Shown here piece after piece: positions 36,237 through 45,571 of a stretch of DNA of 64,000 bases. A program made the position numbers and the translations under genes. Below the pieces are notes generated by a model. That model was not told the DNA's origin, did not search any database, and saw only the letters and a program-made list of their open reading frames with translations. Origin of the DNA: Muribaculaceae bacterium (GTDB lineage Bacteria > Bacteroidota > Bacteroidia > Bacteroidales > Muribaculaceae); the NCBI GenBank assembly GCA_029061255.1, contig JAIDSL010000098.1:71921-135920 (forward strand), in the 5' to 3' direction. Every line of letters starts with the position of its first letter. Within the stretch, counting starts at the first letter, position 1.

Positions 36237-38258
36237 CTAACGGTTATGCCTCTCCTTCACAACTCCATGCCGGAAAGCATGCAGAAGGTCTTTGAGTTCA
36301 TCAATCTGCCCCTGAAGCTCATGACCCTTGTCGGTGTCGCGTACTCGCAGACGTTTTGCTGATAACTCCACTATCTGCTTTGATCCTAAGATATCGGTGC
36401 CTTCCTTCACGGCTTTCTCTGCAGACTCAAACGGCTCATGCTGCACGAGCTCCAGTCCCCGGCTATGATACACGAGTGTATACCCTGCTATACCGGTAGT
36501 GGAATGATAAGCTTTCGAAAATCCTCCGTCGATGACGAGCAGTTTTCCATTGGCACGCATCGGACTCTCTCCCTTGGCAGCACGCACCGGCACATGCCCG
36601 TTGATGATGTGGCGATGTTCTCCCTCCACGCCGAAAGCGTCGAGGATGCCGTCGATTATCTTCTCGTCGTTACGCAGCTTGTAGTAGTTGCCCTTCTCTT
36701 CCGTATGGGTAGAAGTGTCCTTGATGAAATAGCGTTCGAAAGTAGCCATCTTTGACTTGTCGAAAAGAGGGGAGTCCTTTCCGCACCAAAGATACCAATA
36801 ATAGTCTATGGCAAATTTCCGTAGCTCCGGGTCAGTGTCGTCGTTGAATGCCGCACGCATCATCATTCCGATGCGGTGCATCAGTTCTCGTCCACTGTAT
36901 TTCGTCCCGTTCAGCTCCACCTCCTTCAGGCTGCCGTCGTCATTTAGGGGCATAGAGGCGTGAAACAGTAGGTTGGAATTGTAAATTGCATACATGCATC
37001 CGTGCGAGAGCAGGCACTGCACATGGCGGTTTAGCTTGTCGCTCACCATAAAGGAATGGTGCAGTTTCTCTACGAGTGATGCCTCTTCTTCTGTCAGTGC
37101 GTATGGATCTTCCGGCGACACAGTCGGGAAGTTGGTGTCCTTAAGCTCATATTCCTTTCCGTCAAGGTTGATCACTCCTTTCTCCTTGTCGAGAAGATGT
37201 AGCAGCTTCCTATCCTCCATCTTCCATTCCGGTCGCCTGTCGATGGTCTGCCCTTCAAGCTTGAACTGTATGATGCTGATAGCTTTGTGCATTTTAGCCC
37301 AAAGCTGGAGAGACTTGTCATCAGGCGCATGTTCGTCATCCATGATGTGGGGGCCGAATCCCTCGCATGGGTCATCGGCATAAGTCTCGAGCGCGAATGT
37401 AGCAAGCGGCACTAAGTTGATGCCATATCCATCCTCTAAGGTGGCCATATTGCCGTATCGCAGCGATAACCTTAATACGTTTGCGATACATGCGTCATTC
37501 CCTGCGGCTGCTCCCATCCATAGCGCGTCGTGGTTGCCCCACTGGATGTCAAATCGCTCATAGGCACATAGTGTGTCCATTATGAGGTGTGCCCCGGGTC
37601 CTCGGTCGAAGATGTCACCGAGTATGTGCAATTGGTCGATGCTAAGCCGTTGGATCACATTGCAGAGCGCGATGATGAAATTATCGGCCTGTCCGGTCGA
37701 GATGATTGTCTCAATAATGCGGCGGAAATAGGCATCCTTGTCGTAGTCGGTGGGAGACTCATGCAGGAGCTCCTCGATTATATAGGCATATTCCTTGGGT
37801 AGCGCCTTTCTTACTCGCGAGCGAGTATATTTTGAGGATACTGATTGAAGCACGAGGATCAGCTGATGCAGAGTCACGCTGTAGAAATCCTCCATATTAT
37901 CCTCCTCAGCCTTTGTGTACTCTAATTTGCTCTCAGGATAATATATTAATGTGCATAGATTTCGGATGTCCTGCTCCCTCAGCGATGTGCCGAAAATCTC
38001 TGTCACCTTGCGCCTGATGTTGCCCGATGCGTTGCGCAGTATGTGAGAGAAGGCCTCGTGCTCGCCGTGAAGGTCTGCCACGAAATGCTCCGTGCCTTTA
38101 GGCAGGTTCTGGATGGCCTCGAGATTGATGATCTCGGTGCTCGCTGCCTGCACATTGGGAAACGACTGGGAGAGCAGACTCAAGATCCTCAAGTCTGTCT
38201 CCCTCTCTTTTGCCTCTTTTATGTCTACTGCCACGGGCAGGTTACTCTTGTGGTCCAT
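36237..38258 (-). CDS. fbp: Fructose-1,6-bisphosphatase class 3
   Basis: LPKGTEHF.ADLHGE, GDIFDRGP, WGNHD, IINGHVPV, IDGGFSKAY. Confidence 0.93.
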   Translation of the reverse strand: MDHKSNLPVAVDIKEAKERETDLRILSLLSQSFPNVQAASTEIINLEAIQNLPKGTEHFVADLHGEHEAFSHILRNASGNIRRKVTEIFGTSLREQDIRNLCTLIYYPESKLEYTKAEEDNMEDFYSVTLHQLILVLQSVSSKYTRSRVRKALPKEYAYIIEELLHESPTDYDKDAYFRRIIETIISTGQADNFIIALCNVIQRLSIDQLHILGDIFDRGPGAHLIMDTLCAYERFDIQWGNHDALWMGAAAGNDACIANVLRLSLRYGNMATLEDGYGINLVPLATFALETYADDPCEGFGPHIMDDEHAPDDKSLQLWAKMHKAISIIQFKLEGQTIDRRPEWKMEDRKLLHLLDKEKGVINLDGKEYELKDTNFPTVSPEDPYALTEEEASLVEKLHHSFMVSDKLNRHVQCLLSHGCMYAIYNSNLLFHASMPLNDDGSLKEVELNGTKYSGRELMHRIGMMMRAAFNDDTDPELRKFAIDYYWYLWCGKDSPLFDKSKMATFERYFIKDTSTHTEEKGNYYKLRNDEKIIDGILDAFGVEGEHRHIINGHVPVRAAKGESPMRANGKLLVIDGGFSKAYHSTTGIAGYTLVYHSRGLELVQHEPFESAEKAVKEGTDILGSKQIVELSAKRLRVRDTDKGHELQGQIDELKDLLHAFRHGVVKERHNR

Positions 38259-38763
38259 ACCACGTCGAATACATATGATAGTTGTTGGCGATCTTTATAT
38301 TCATCTCTTTGGCCTTTTCAGGCTCTACCATCTTGACGAACTTTGCCGGACATCCTGCCCAAAGCTCATGCTTCCCTATCTTGGTATTGCTGAGCACTAC
38401 AGATCCGGCTGCTACGATTGCGCCTTCTCCCACCACGGCATTGTCCATCACTACTGCTCCCATGCCGATAAGGGCATAGTCTTCCACCTTGCAGCCATGT
38501 AGCACCACGTTATGGCCTACTGACACATGGTCGCCTATCTCGATGGTCGACTTCTCATATAGGGTATGTAGCACGCTTCCGTCTTGAATATTGACGCTGT
38601 TGCCGACACGTATGGAGTTGACATCGCCACGGAGCACAGCCCCAAACCATACGCTGCATCCGTCGCCGATCACTACGTCGCCTACCACTACTGCATTTGC
38701 TGCAAGGAAGCAATCCTTGCCTATCACCGGGGTGAATCCCCTCACTTCTTGTATTATAGCCAT
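38242..38763 (-). CDS. Gamma carbonic anhydrase family hexapeptide-repeat protein
   Basis: SVWFGAVLRGDVN.I..G...NIQDG..LH, VGHNVVLHGC. Confidence 0.9.
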   Translation of the reverse strand: MAIIQEVRGFTPVIGKDCFLAANAVVVGDVVIGDGCSVWFGAVLRGDVNSIRVGNSVNIQDGSVLHTLYEKSTIEIGDHVSVGHNVVLHGCKVEDYALIGMGAVVMDNAVVGEGAIVAAGSVVLSNTKIGKHELWAGCPAKFVKMVEPEKAKEMNIKIANNYHMYSTWYGPQE

Positions 38764-38800
38764 ATCTTTTTAATTGTCACTTATCAGTTGTCTTTTTTTT

Positions 38801-38880
38801 TCATGATATATCATGATTCATCATGTTGCATCATGATATATCGTGTCCCATTATGAATTATGAATTATGCATTATGCATT
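38801..38880. repeat. 10-bp tandem repeat (TCATGATATA-like x4.5) joined to a (MATTATG)n heptamer array that overlaps the pepP stop
   Basis: tcatgatata tcatgattca tcatgttgca tcatgatata tcgtg then cattatg aattatg aattatg cattatg catt. Confidence 0.85.
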
Positions 38881-40657
38881 TCGAAAAGAGCCATTCTGTC
38901 TCTTCCTCCGATAGGAGAGGGGAGAGCCGCTCAAGTATTTCCTTATTATATTCCTCCAGCCACTCTCTTTCTTCCGTGGTGATGATTTCCCATTCTATAA
39001 GGCTCCGGTCGAATGGGAAGAGTGTGAGGTTGCGGAAGCGGTAAAAGTCTCCGAACTCATTGCTCTTCCAAAGCTCTACGGCAAGCATGTTCTCGCATCT
39101 GATTCCATACTTGTCTTCAATGTAGAGACCCGGTTCGTCGCTCATCACCATTCCCGGTTGCAGCGCAACTGGTATCTCGTTCATGCGTATCTGCACCGGG
39201 CCTTCATGGCAGTTGATGAAAAATCCCACTCCGTGGCCCGTGCCGTGATAGTAAGCCTTCCCTTCGTTCCATAGGAATTGGCGCGCAAGAATGTCGAGCT
39301 GCGCTCCACGCGTTCCCTTAGGGAATGTGGCTCGTGCAAGTGCGATCATTCCTTTCAATACGAGGGTGAAGTCATGTTTCTGTTCCTTGGTCGGTTCGCC
39401 GCCTAAGGCGATGGTGCGTGTGATGTCTGTGGTGCCCTGAAGATACTGGCCACCGCTGTCGATAAGCAGCAGTCCCTGTCCGGTCACAGGCACGTCTGTC
39501 TCATCGCTGGGCTCGTAGTGCACAATGGCTCCATGTCCATTCCATCCTACTATCGCTGCAAAACTCTCGTCTACACAGTCAGGATCAGCAAGACGGCATT
39601 CCCTGAGCTTGCGTGCGATGCTCATCTCGGTGAGGTTCCCTTTCGGGAACTCATCGTCAATCCATTTGAATAGTTTCACCAGTGCCACTCCATCTTTTTC
39701 CATCGCAGTGCGCCAATGAGTAAGCATGTTCTCGTTTTTAATGCTCTTGAGATTTGCTACCCTTTTGCCCCCCTCAAGTGTCGTGGGTATTTTTTCGGCA
39801 ATGGTAATCGACGTAAGTGTTGGGTCGATAAGCACGCAGGTCGAGGCCGGGATTGATTCTGCAAATCCGAGAGTTTCATCGTATCCACGTACCTCTATAT
39901 TATATTTATTCAGGAAATCCTTTACGTCCGGAGTCAATTTCTCCTCATTAATAAAGAGGATTCTGGTTCCGAGTTTATCAAGGTAGAGATATGAAGTAAA
40001 CATTGGGCTGAAAGCCACATCTCCTGCCGTCCTGAGGTTGGTGGCCCAGGCAATGTCATCGAGTGCCGATATCAGGATTGCGTCAGCCCCCTCTTTCTCC
40101 ACCTCCTCAATGATTCTTGTTATCTTCGAGTCTACAGTCTCTCCTACGATTTCTTCGTCATGAATGAATAGGCGGTTGAGTGGCTGGCTCGGACGCTCAG
40201 GCCAGATGTACTCAAACATTGGGAAGTCGGTTACAAAATTAAGTTCTGCCTCCTCGAATGCTTCACGCATCTTTTCTGCTTCAGTGCTGCTGAATGTCAT
40301 TCCGTCAATGGCTACTGCAGAATCTTTAGGCATCATATTAGCCACATATTCAATAAGGTCCACGCCTTCCGGACCATCAAGAGGCATCATCTCAAATCCC
40401 GTTCCTTCGAGTTGTTGACGTGCTTGTATGAAAAATCGGTTGTCAGTCCATACGTAAGCATGATCCTTGGTCACTACAGCTATGCCATTGGTGCCATTTT
40501 CAGATTTAAAACCTGTCAGCCATTCCCTGCCACGCCAATGGGCAGGGGGAATTTCACTCTGGTGGGGATCTGTGCTGTTGATGATGCAGCAGTCTATACC
40601 GTGCTCGGCCATCGCCTTCCGCAATGCCTCGAGTCTCTTCTTTTCAATCTTTTCCAT
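38858..40657 (-). CDS. Xaa-Pro aminopeptidase (aminopeptidase P, M24B)
   Basis: DPHQSE, DSGGQY..GTTDITRT, HGTGHGVG, HEGP, SDEPG, GIRCEN. Confidence 0.93.
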   Translation of the reverse strand: MEKIEKKRLEALRKAMAEHGIDCCIINSTDPHQSEIPPAHWRGREWLTGFKSENGTNGIAVVTKDHAYVWTDNRFFIQARQQLEGTGFEMMPLDGPEGVDLIEYVANMMPKDSAVAIDGMTFSSTEAEKMREAFEEAELNFVTDFPMFEYIWPERPSQPLNRLFIHDEEIVGETVDSKITRIIEEVEKEGADAILISALDDIAWATNLRTAGDVAFSPMFTSYLYLDKLGTRILFINEEKLTPDVKDFLNKYNIEVRGYDETLGFAESIPASTCVLIDPTLTSITIAEKIPTTLEGGKRVANLKSIKNENMLTHWRTAMEKDGVALVKLFKWIDDEFPKGNLTEMSIARKLRECRLADPDCVDESFAAIVGWNGHGAIVHYEPSDETDVPVTGQGLLLIDSGGQYLQGTTDITRTIALGGEPTKEQKHDFTLVLKGMIALARATFPKGTRGAQLDILARQFLWNEGKAYYHGTGHGVGFFINCHEGPVQIRMNEIPVALQPGMVMSDEPGLYIEDKYGIRCENMLAVELWKSNEFGDFYRFRNLTLFPFDRSLIEWEIITTEEREWLEEYNKEILERLSPLLSEEETEWLFSKCIMHNS

Positions 40658-40805
40658 TCTTGACTAATTTAAATGCAAAAATAATGAAAAATTTCATTAT
40701 CCCCCACATTCTCCCAATAATTTTTTATTTATTAATTAAGGTGTTCAGTTTTTGTTCTGATTTTTAGGTCTGATTTTTATAATTTGGATTCAATACTTTG
40801 GCTTA

Positions 40806-40890
40806 GCAGCTCGGAGAGCTGCCTTTATGCCAAAACCCCGGACTTCAGTCCGGGGCTTCCTCGTCATTAGCTCTATAGCCTCGGAGAGGC
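40806..40890. repeat. Three-hairpin REP/MITE-like element
   Basis: GCAGCTCGGAGAGCTGC, CCCCGGACTTCAGTCCGGGG, GCCTCGGAGAGGC. Confidence 0.55.
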
Positions 40891-41051
40891 GATTTATGAT
40901 ATGTTAATTCTTCCCCATCTTCCCCGGAGATGTAGCACTATTTTACCGACATTGCTCCACCCTCCCGTCAAAGAAAAATTGGTATTTATTGGTCAAATAG
41001 TGTCAATATTGGTAAAAATGGTATGAAGGGAATAAATTTTTCAAAGAATCT

Positions 41052-41083
41052 CTTGCATAAAAAAAATTTTTGTAGTAATTTTG
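41052..41083 (+). promoter_or_regulatory. Orphan promoter for a candidate sRNA
   Basis: CTTG-N20-TAATTTTG followed by CATCGTC, same context as the rpsL promoter. Confidence 0.65.
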
Positions 41084-41087
41084 CATC

Positions 41088-41294
41088 GTCAAGAGAGGAA
41101 AGAGTTTGGTTTGAAATAATTGGCATAGCATTTTATTTCTCTTGACAAGCAAGTCTAAAGCTTTTTAAGTAATAGTGATATAATTTGTAAGTTAGTGGTT
41201 GAGTAAGTGTTGCTTTTGCTTGAGAAAGTAGGTGCAATTTCTAAAAAATCACACTGTGGCAGGAGTTTGTGAAAATTCCTGCCACAGCGTTTTT
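41088..41294 (+). ncRNA. Candidate ~205-nt intergenic sRNA
   Basis: Own promoter, 5' stem GTCAAGAGA/TCTCTTGAC, no ATG, ends in a CTGTGGCAGGA..TGTGAA..TCCTGCCACAG-CG-T5 terminator. Confidence 0.6.
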
Positions 41295-41301
41295 ATGTAT
41301 T

Positions 41302-41474
41302 TGCGTATTGCGTATCGCGTATCGCGTATTGCGTAGCTCGTAATGTGTTTTGTGTAATGATAGTTTTATCTGAAATATATAATGTCCGTTCCCTGAAAAG
41401 GAAACGGACATTATATATTATAATCATTCGTGTTACTCACTACGCGCTACGCATTACGCACCACGCACCACGTC
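41302..41474. repeat. Inverted pair of TACGC-type heptamer arrays flanking the araB terminator
   Basis: (YGCGTAT)x5 at 41302-41336 and (YACGCRY)-like x5-6 at 41434-41474. Confidence 0.8.
41374..41419 (-). terminator. ara operon terminator
   Basis: AATATATAATGTCCGTT..AACGGACATTATATATT long stem downstream of araB. Confidence 0.7.
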
Positions 41475-43073
41475 TCACTTAAAATACTCCACCGCAGCTT
41501 TCTCCACCGGGAGTGCCTCAAGGTAATTCTTGATGTAGCGGTTGAAGCCTTCTACGTCTTCCTCTGTCGGAGCAATGCTCGTGCCGGTGTTGCCGTCAAA
41601 CACTTCCATCTCCAGATAGTCGGCAAGGTTGCGGTCATTGACATTGTTGACAAGATACCCTGCAAGCAGTGCCATACCCCATGCGCCTCCTTCTCCTGCA
41701 GTCTCCATGACAGAGATAGGGGAGTTAAGAGCTGCTGCAAGTATACGCTGGCCTACGCCCGGAGTCTTGAAGAGTCCTCCATGGCCTGTGATGCGGTCTA
41801 CCTTTATCTTCTCTTCGTCGAAGAGGATATCATTGCCGATCTTCAGGCATGCTACTGCAGCATGCAGGTTGGCGCGCATGAAGTTGGCAAGGTTGAATTT
41901 GTTGGCAACTGAGCGAACAAAGAGTGGGCGACCCTCATTCAAGCCGGTGATAGGCTCGCCGGAGAAGTAATTGTAGCTTACGAGTCCGCCACAATCCGCA
42001 TCTCCATTAAGGGCATTGTTGTAGAGCTTGCCAAAGATCTCGTTCATGTCTACAGGCACTCCGAGAAGCTCTGTATATTCGCGGAAGAGACCTACCCACG
42101 CATTGAGATCAGAAGTACAGTTGTTACAGTGCACCATTGCCACAAGGCTTCCGTCAGGAGTGGTCACCATATCAATCATCTCGTAAGGACGGCTGAGATC
42201 TTTTTCAAGCACTATCATGGAGAATGATGATGTTCCTGCCGATACGTTGCCGGTGCGTTGCTTCACAGCGTTGGTGGCTACCATGCCGGTTCCTGCATCA
42301 CCCTCCGGCGGACAGAGCGGTGTGCCCGCTTCGAGATTTCCGGAGATATCAAGATGCTTGGCACCATCCTCTGTGAGATATCCGGCATTTTCTCCGGCTA
42401 CAAGTATCTTCGGAAGCACGTCCTCGAGTTTCCAGTCGAAGCCCTTGTCGGCAATTATCTCGTCAAACTTCTTCACCATCTTCTCGCTGTAGTTCTTTGT
42501 CTCCGGATCTACGGGAATCATGCCGCTTCCGTCTCCGATACCGATTACTTTCTCACCCGTAAGCTGCCAGTGGATGTATCCTGCAAGAGTAGTCAGGAAT
42601 GCGAGGTCCTTTACATGCTCCTCACCGTTCAGGATAGCCTGATAGAGGTGGGAGATGCTCCAGCGCAAAGGAATATTATAGTCAAACTCCTTAGAGAGGA
42701 TTGCGGCAGCCTCACCGGTGTTGGTGTTACGCCAAGTGCGGAAGGGGGCAAGCATATTGCCGTTCTTGTCGAAAGGCATATATCCGTGCATCATCGCACT
42801 TATGCCGATGGATGCAAGTTTCTTGATCTCGATGCCATATTTGTTCTTCACATCTTCGCGAAGATCTCGGTAGCAGTCCTGGAGTCCGAACCAGATTGCC
42901 TCCTGGCTATAGGTCCAAAGGCTGTTGACAAGCTGGTTTTCCCACTCGTGGCTTCCCTGGGCGATCGGATTATTGTTCTCGTCAATGAGAACCGCCTTGA
43001 TTCGGGTAGAGCCGAACTCGATTCCGAGCACGGCTTTTCCCGATTCTATTGTCTGTTTTATCTTTTCAGGCAT
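41475..43073 (-). CDS. araB: FGGY-family sugar kinase, L-ribulokinase by context
   Basis: GIEFGSTRIKA, ISAMMHG, EGDAGTGM, GHGGLF, EGGAWG; follows araA. Confidence 0.85.
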   Translation of the reverse strand: MPEKIKQTIESGKAVLGIEFGSTRIKAVLIDENNNPIAQGSHEWENQLVNSLWTYSQEAIWFGLQDCYRDLREDVKNKYGIEIKKLASIGISAMMHGYMPFDKNGNMLAPFRTWRNTNTGEAAAILSKEFDYNIPLRWSISHLYQAILNGEEHVKDLAFLTTLAGYIHWQLTGEKVIGIGDGSGMIPVDPETKNYSEKMVKKFDEIIADKGFDWKLEDVLPKILVAGENAGYLTEDGAKHLDISGNLEAGTPLCPPEGDAGTGMVATNAVKQRTGNVSAGTSSFSMIVLEKDLSRPYEMIDMVTTPDGSLVAMVHCNNCTSDLNAWVGLFREYTELLGVPVDMNEIFGKLYNNALNGDADCGGLVSYNYFSGEPITGLNEGRPLFVRSVANKFNLANFMRANLHAAVACLKIGNDILFDEEKIKVDRITGHGGLFKTPGVGQRILAAALNSPISVMETAGEGGAWGMALLAGYLVNNVNDRNLADYLEMEVFDGNTGTSIAPTEEDVEGFNRYIKNYLEALPVEKAAVEYFK

Positions 43074-43081
43074 ATTTTTGT

Positions 43082-43172
43082 GTTTTCAGCGTTTTCGTCG
43101 TTTTCAGCGTTTTCGTCGTTGTTTTTATCGTGTATCTGTGACAACGATGACAACGATGACAACGCTGACAAC
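43082..43172. repeat. Inverted 9-mer arrays around an ATCGTGTATCTGTGAC core
   Basis: (GTTTTCRKC)x4, core, (GACAACGMT)x3-GACAAC abutting the araA stop. Confidence 0.9.
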
Positions 43173-44699
43173 TTACTTATTCAGCATGTAATAAACGTCG
43201 TTGTAGCGGAGTTCGCGCTTGAAGCCCTGCATTGTGGTGTCTTTGTCGATGCGCACCATCTCGATTCCTGCCATCTCAGCATAGTCTTCCCAATATTCAG
43301 GAGTGATGTCATAGCTGAAGCAAGAGTGGTGTGTGCCGCCTGCCATGATCCATGCCCCTGCGCCGATCTCGAAGTTTGGCTTCGGAATCCAGAGTGCTGA
43401 TGCTACGGGAAGCTTCGGAAGCGGTTTCGACTTGATGCATTCCACATCGTTTACGATGAGACGGAAACGATTGCCAAGGTCTATTACGGTAGCTGTGATG
43501 CCGTCTCCCGGTTTTGAAGTGAATACGAGGCGTGCAGTCTGTGCCTTGCGGATACCGATGCCAAGGAAGTGAACTTCCAGACGGGGCTTCTCTTCTGCTA
43601 TAAGCGGACATACCTCAAGCATGTGTGCCTGGAGTATTGAGCTGTTGGCGCCGTCGAAGTTGAGTGTGTAGTCTTCAAGGAATGAGCATCCCTTGCCCAT
43701 GCCCTGGCTCATATACCAGAGTGTGCGATAGAGGGCTGCTGATTTCCAGTCGCCTTCAGCACCGAAACCGATACCTTCGGCCATCAGTCGCTGTGAAGCG
43801 AGACCCGGAATCTGGTCGAATCCTACGAAGTTAGGATCGTTGATGTCCTGGGTGCCGAGGTCGTCGAAATTGGTGGTGAATGCCTTTGCTCCCTTCTCGG
43901 TCAGGATGCTGCGAAGAGCGAGCTCTGCCTTAGCTGCTTCGTAAACAGACTTGTAGCCATCTGTAGAGGGGTCTTCGAGGGCTGCATCGTGTGCATATTC
44001 CTTGAAGTAAACAGCCATGAGTGCCTTGGTGTCTTCGTCAGAAACTTTCTTGTAGTGCTCCATAAGTTCGCTTACGGGGCAATAGTCTACGTGATAGCCC
44101 AGCTGCATTTCTGCATCTACCTTGTCGCCATCGGTCACAGCCACATTGTTCATCTGGTCGCCGAAGCGAAGCACGAGCATGTCCTGAGCGTCAGCCCAAG
44201 CTGCAGCTACGCGCTGCCAAACAGCGATGCGGTCCTGGGTATTGGCATCTTTCCAATAGCCTACCACTACTTTACGGCGTACCTTCATGCGGGCGCAGAT
44301 ATGTCCGAACTCACGGTCTCCGTGTGCTGACTGGTTCAGGTTCATGAAGTCCATGTCCATGGTGTCCCATGGTATCTCGGCGTTATACTGAGTGTGGAAG
44401 TGGAGGAGTGGCTTGCGAAGAGCCTGCAGTCCGTGGATCCACATCTTGGCAGGTGAGAAGGTATGCATCCAGGTGATGATGCCTACACACTTCGGGTCGT
44501 TGTTGGCAGCTTTCATCACGGCCTCAACCTCCTTGGAAGAGTTAGCGGTGCCCTTATAGACCACCTTAATCGGAAGACGACCCGAGTTGTTAAGACCATC
44601 TACCATTTCCTTTGAGTGAGCGTCAACAGCTACGACTGCATCACCTCCATAGAGCAACTGTGCGCCAGTCACCCACCATATTTCAAGATTCTCGTACAT
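43173..44699 (-). CDS. araA: L-arabinose isomerase
   Basis: WMHTFSPAKMW, MNLNQSAHGDREFG, GAEGDWK, GGTHH; start reassigned to MYENLEIWW. Confidence 0.96.
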   Translation of the reverse strand: MYENLEIWWVTGAQLLYGGDAVVAVDAHSKEMVDGLNNSGRLPIKVVYKGTANSSKEVEAVMKAANNDPKCVGIITWMHTFSPAKMWIHGLQALRKPLLHFHTQYNAEIPWDTMDMDFMNLNQSAHGDREFGHICARMKVRRKVVVGYWKDANTQDRIAVWQRVAAAWADAQDMLVLRFGDQMNNVAVTDGDKVDAEMQLGYHVDYCPVSELMEHYKKVSDEDTKALMAVYFKEYAHDAALEDPSTDGYKSVYEAAKAELALRSILTEKGAKAFTTNFDDLGTQDINDPNFVGFDQIPGLASQRLMAEGIGFGAEGDWKSAALYRTLWYMSQGMGKGCSFLEDYTLNFDGANSSILQAHMLEVCPLIAEEKPRLEVHFLGIGIRKAQTARLVFTSKPGDGITATVIDLGNRFRLIVNDVECIKSKPLPKLPVASALWIPKPNFEIGAGAWIMAGGTHHSCFSYDITPEYWEDYAEMAGIEMVRIDKDTTMQGFKRELRYNDVYYMLNK

Positions 44700-44729
44700 T
44701 GTATTTAGGTTTAAAAGGTTGATTAATTG

Positions 44730-44808
44730 GTTTTCATCGTTTTCATCGCTATCATCGCGTATCTGTGACAAAGCCGACAACGCCGACAACGATGACAACG
44801 CCGACAAC
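44730..44808. repeat. Inverted 9-mer arrays around an ATCGCGTATCTGTGAC core
   Basis: (GYTWTCATC)x3, core, (GACAAMGMY)x4-GACAAC abutting the araD stop. Confidence 0.9.
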
Positions 44809-45492
44809 TTATTGTCCATAATAAGCATTAGGCCCATGCTTCCTGTTGAAATGCTTCTCCACAAGTAGCGGATTCATAGTCAAGTTCGGGTTTGCTGCAA
44901 AGGCGATGCTTGCCATCTTAGCTACTTGCTCCATCACGACAGCGTTGTGCACTGCATCGTGCGGATCTTTGCCCCATGCGAATGGTCCATGGTTCTTCAC
45001 CAGTACGCCCGGAGTGTGCATCGGGTTCATGCCTTCAAAGCGCTTGATGATCACGTTGCCTGTCTCAAGTTCATAGGCTCCTTTCACTTCCTCTTCTGTC
45101 ATGTCGGCAGTGCAGGGGATAGCTTCGTGGAAGTAGTCGGCATGGGTCGTGCCGATGTTGGGTATGTCAAGACCTGCCTGGCTCCAGCCGGTTGCAAATG
45201 TGGAGTGTGTATGCACCACGCCTCCTACCTCCGGCCATGCACGGTAGATAGCCAAGTGGGTGGGTGTGTCGCTTGAAGGCTTTAGATTGCCTTCCACCAC
45301 ATTACCTTGAAGGTCTACGACTACCATATCCTCAGGCTTCATCACATCGTAGTCCACGCCGCTGGGCTTGATTACTACAAGTCCCTTTTCGCGGTCGATG
45401 CCGGATACATTGCCCCAGGTGAAGATCACGAGCCCGTGCTTCACAAGGTCCATGTTGGCCTTATATACTTCTTCTTTAAGTTTCTCAAGCAT
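44809..45492 (-). CDS. araD: L-ribulose-5-phosphate 4-epimerase
   Basis: [35 protein letters not shown]. Confidence 0.96.
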   Translation of the reverse strand: MLEKLKEEVYKANMDLVKHGLVIFTWGNVSGIDREKGLVVIKPSGVDYDVMKPEDMVVVDLQGNVVEGNLKPSSDTPTHLAIYRAWPEVGGVVHTHSTFATGWSQAGLDIPNIGTTHADYFHEAIPCTADMTEEEVKGAYELETGNVIIKRFEGMNPMHTPGVLVKNHGPFAWGKDPHDAVHNAVVMEQVAKMASIAFAANPNLTMNPLLVEKHFNRKHGPNAYYGQ

Positions 45493-45527
45493 ATCTTATT
45501 TGTCTGTTGTCAGTTTTAGATTGTTTG

Positions 45528-45552
45528 GTAGGGACGCACGGCTCGTGCGTCC
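45528..45552 (+). repeat. GTAG-type REP palindrome between araR and araD
   Basis: GTAGGGACGCACGGCTCGTGCGTCC. Confidence 0.85.
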
Positions 45553-45571
45553 GGTCTCCTGAGAATAATTC

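Noticed and set aside
42258-43400. 380-aa plus-strand ORF, and similar long antisense ORFs at 14005, 34678, 35356, 50748 and 56221
   Set aside because: Antisense shadows of well-supported genes with no recognisable motifs
44700-44864. N-terminal extensions of araA, xerC, pnp, rpsU, rpsG, the aminotransferase and the GlmU-like gene in the ORF track
   Set aside because: They run through repeats, promoters or neighbouring genes; family-like sequence starts at the downstream ATG
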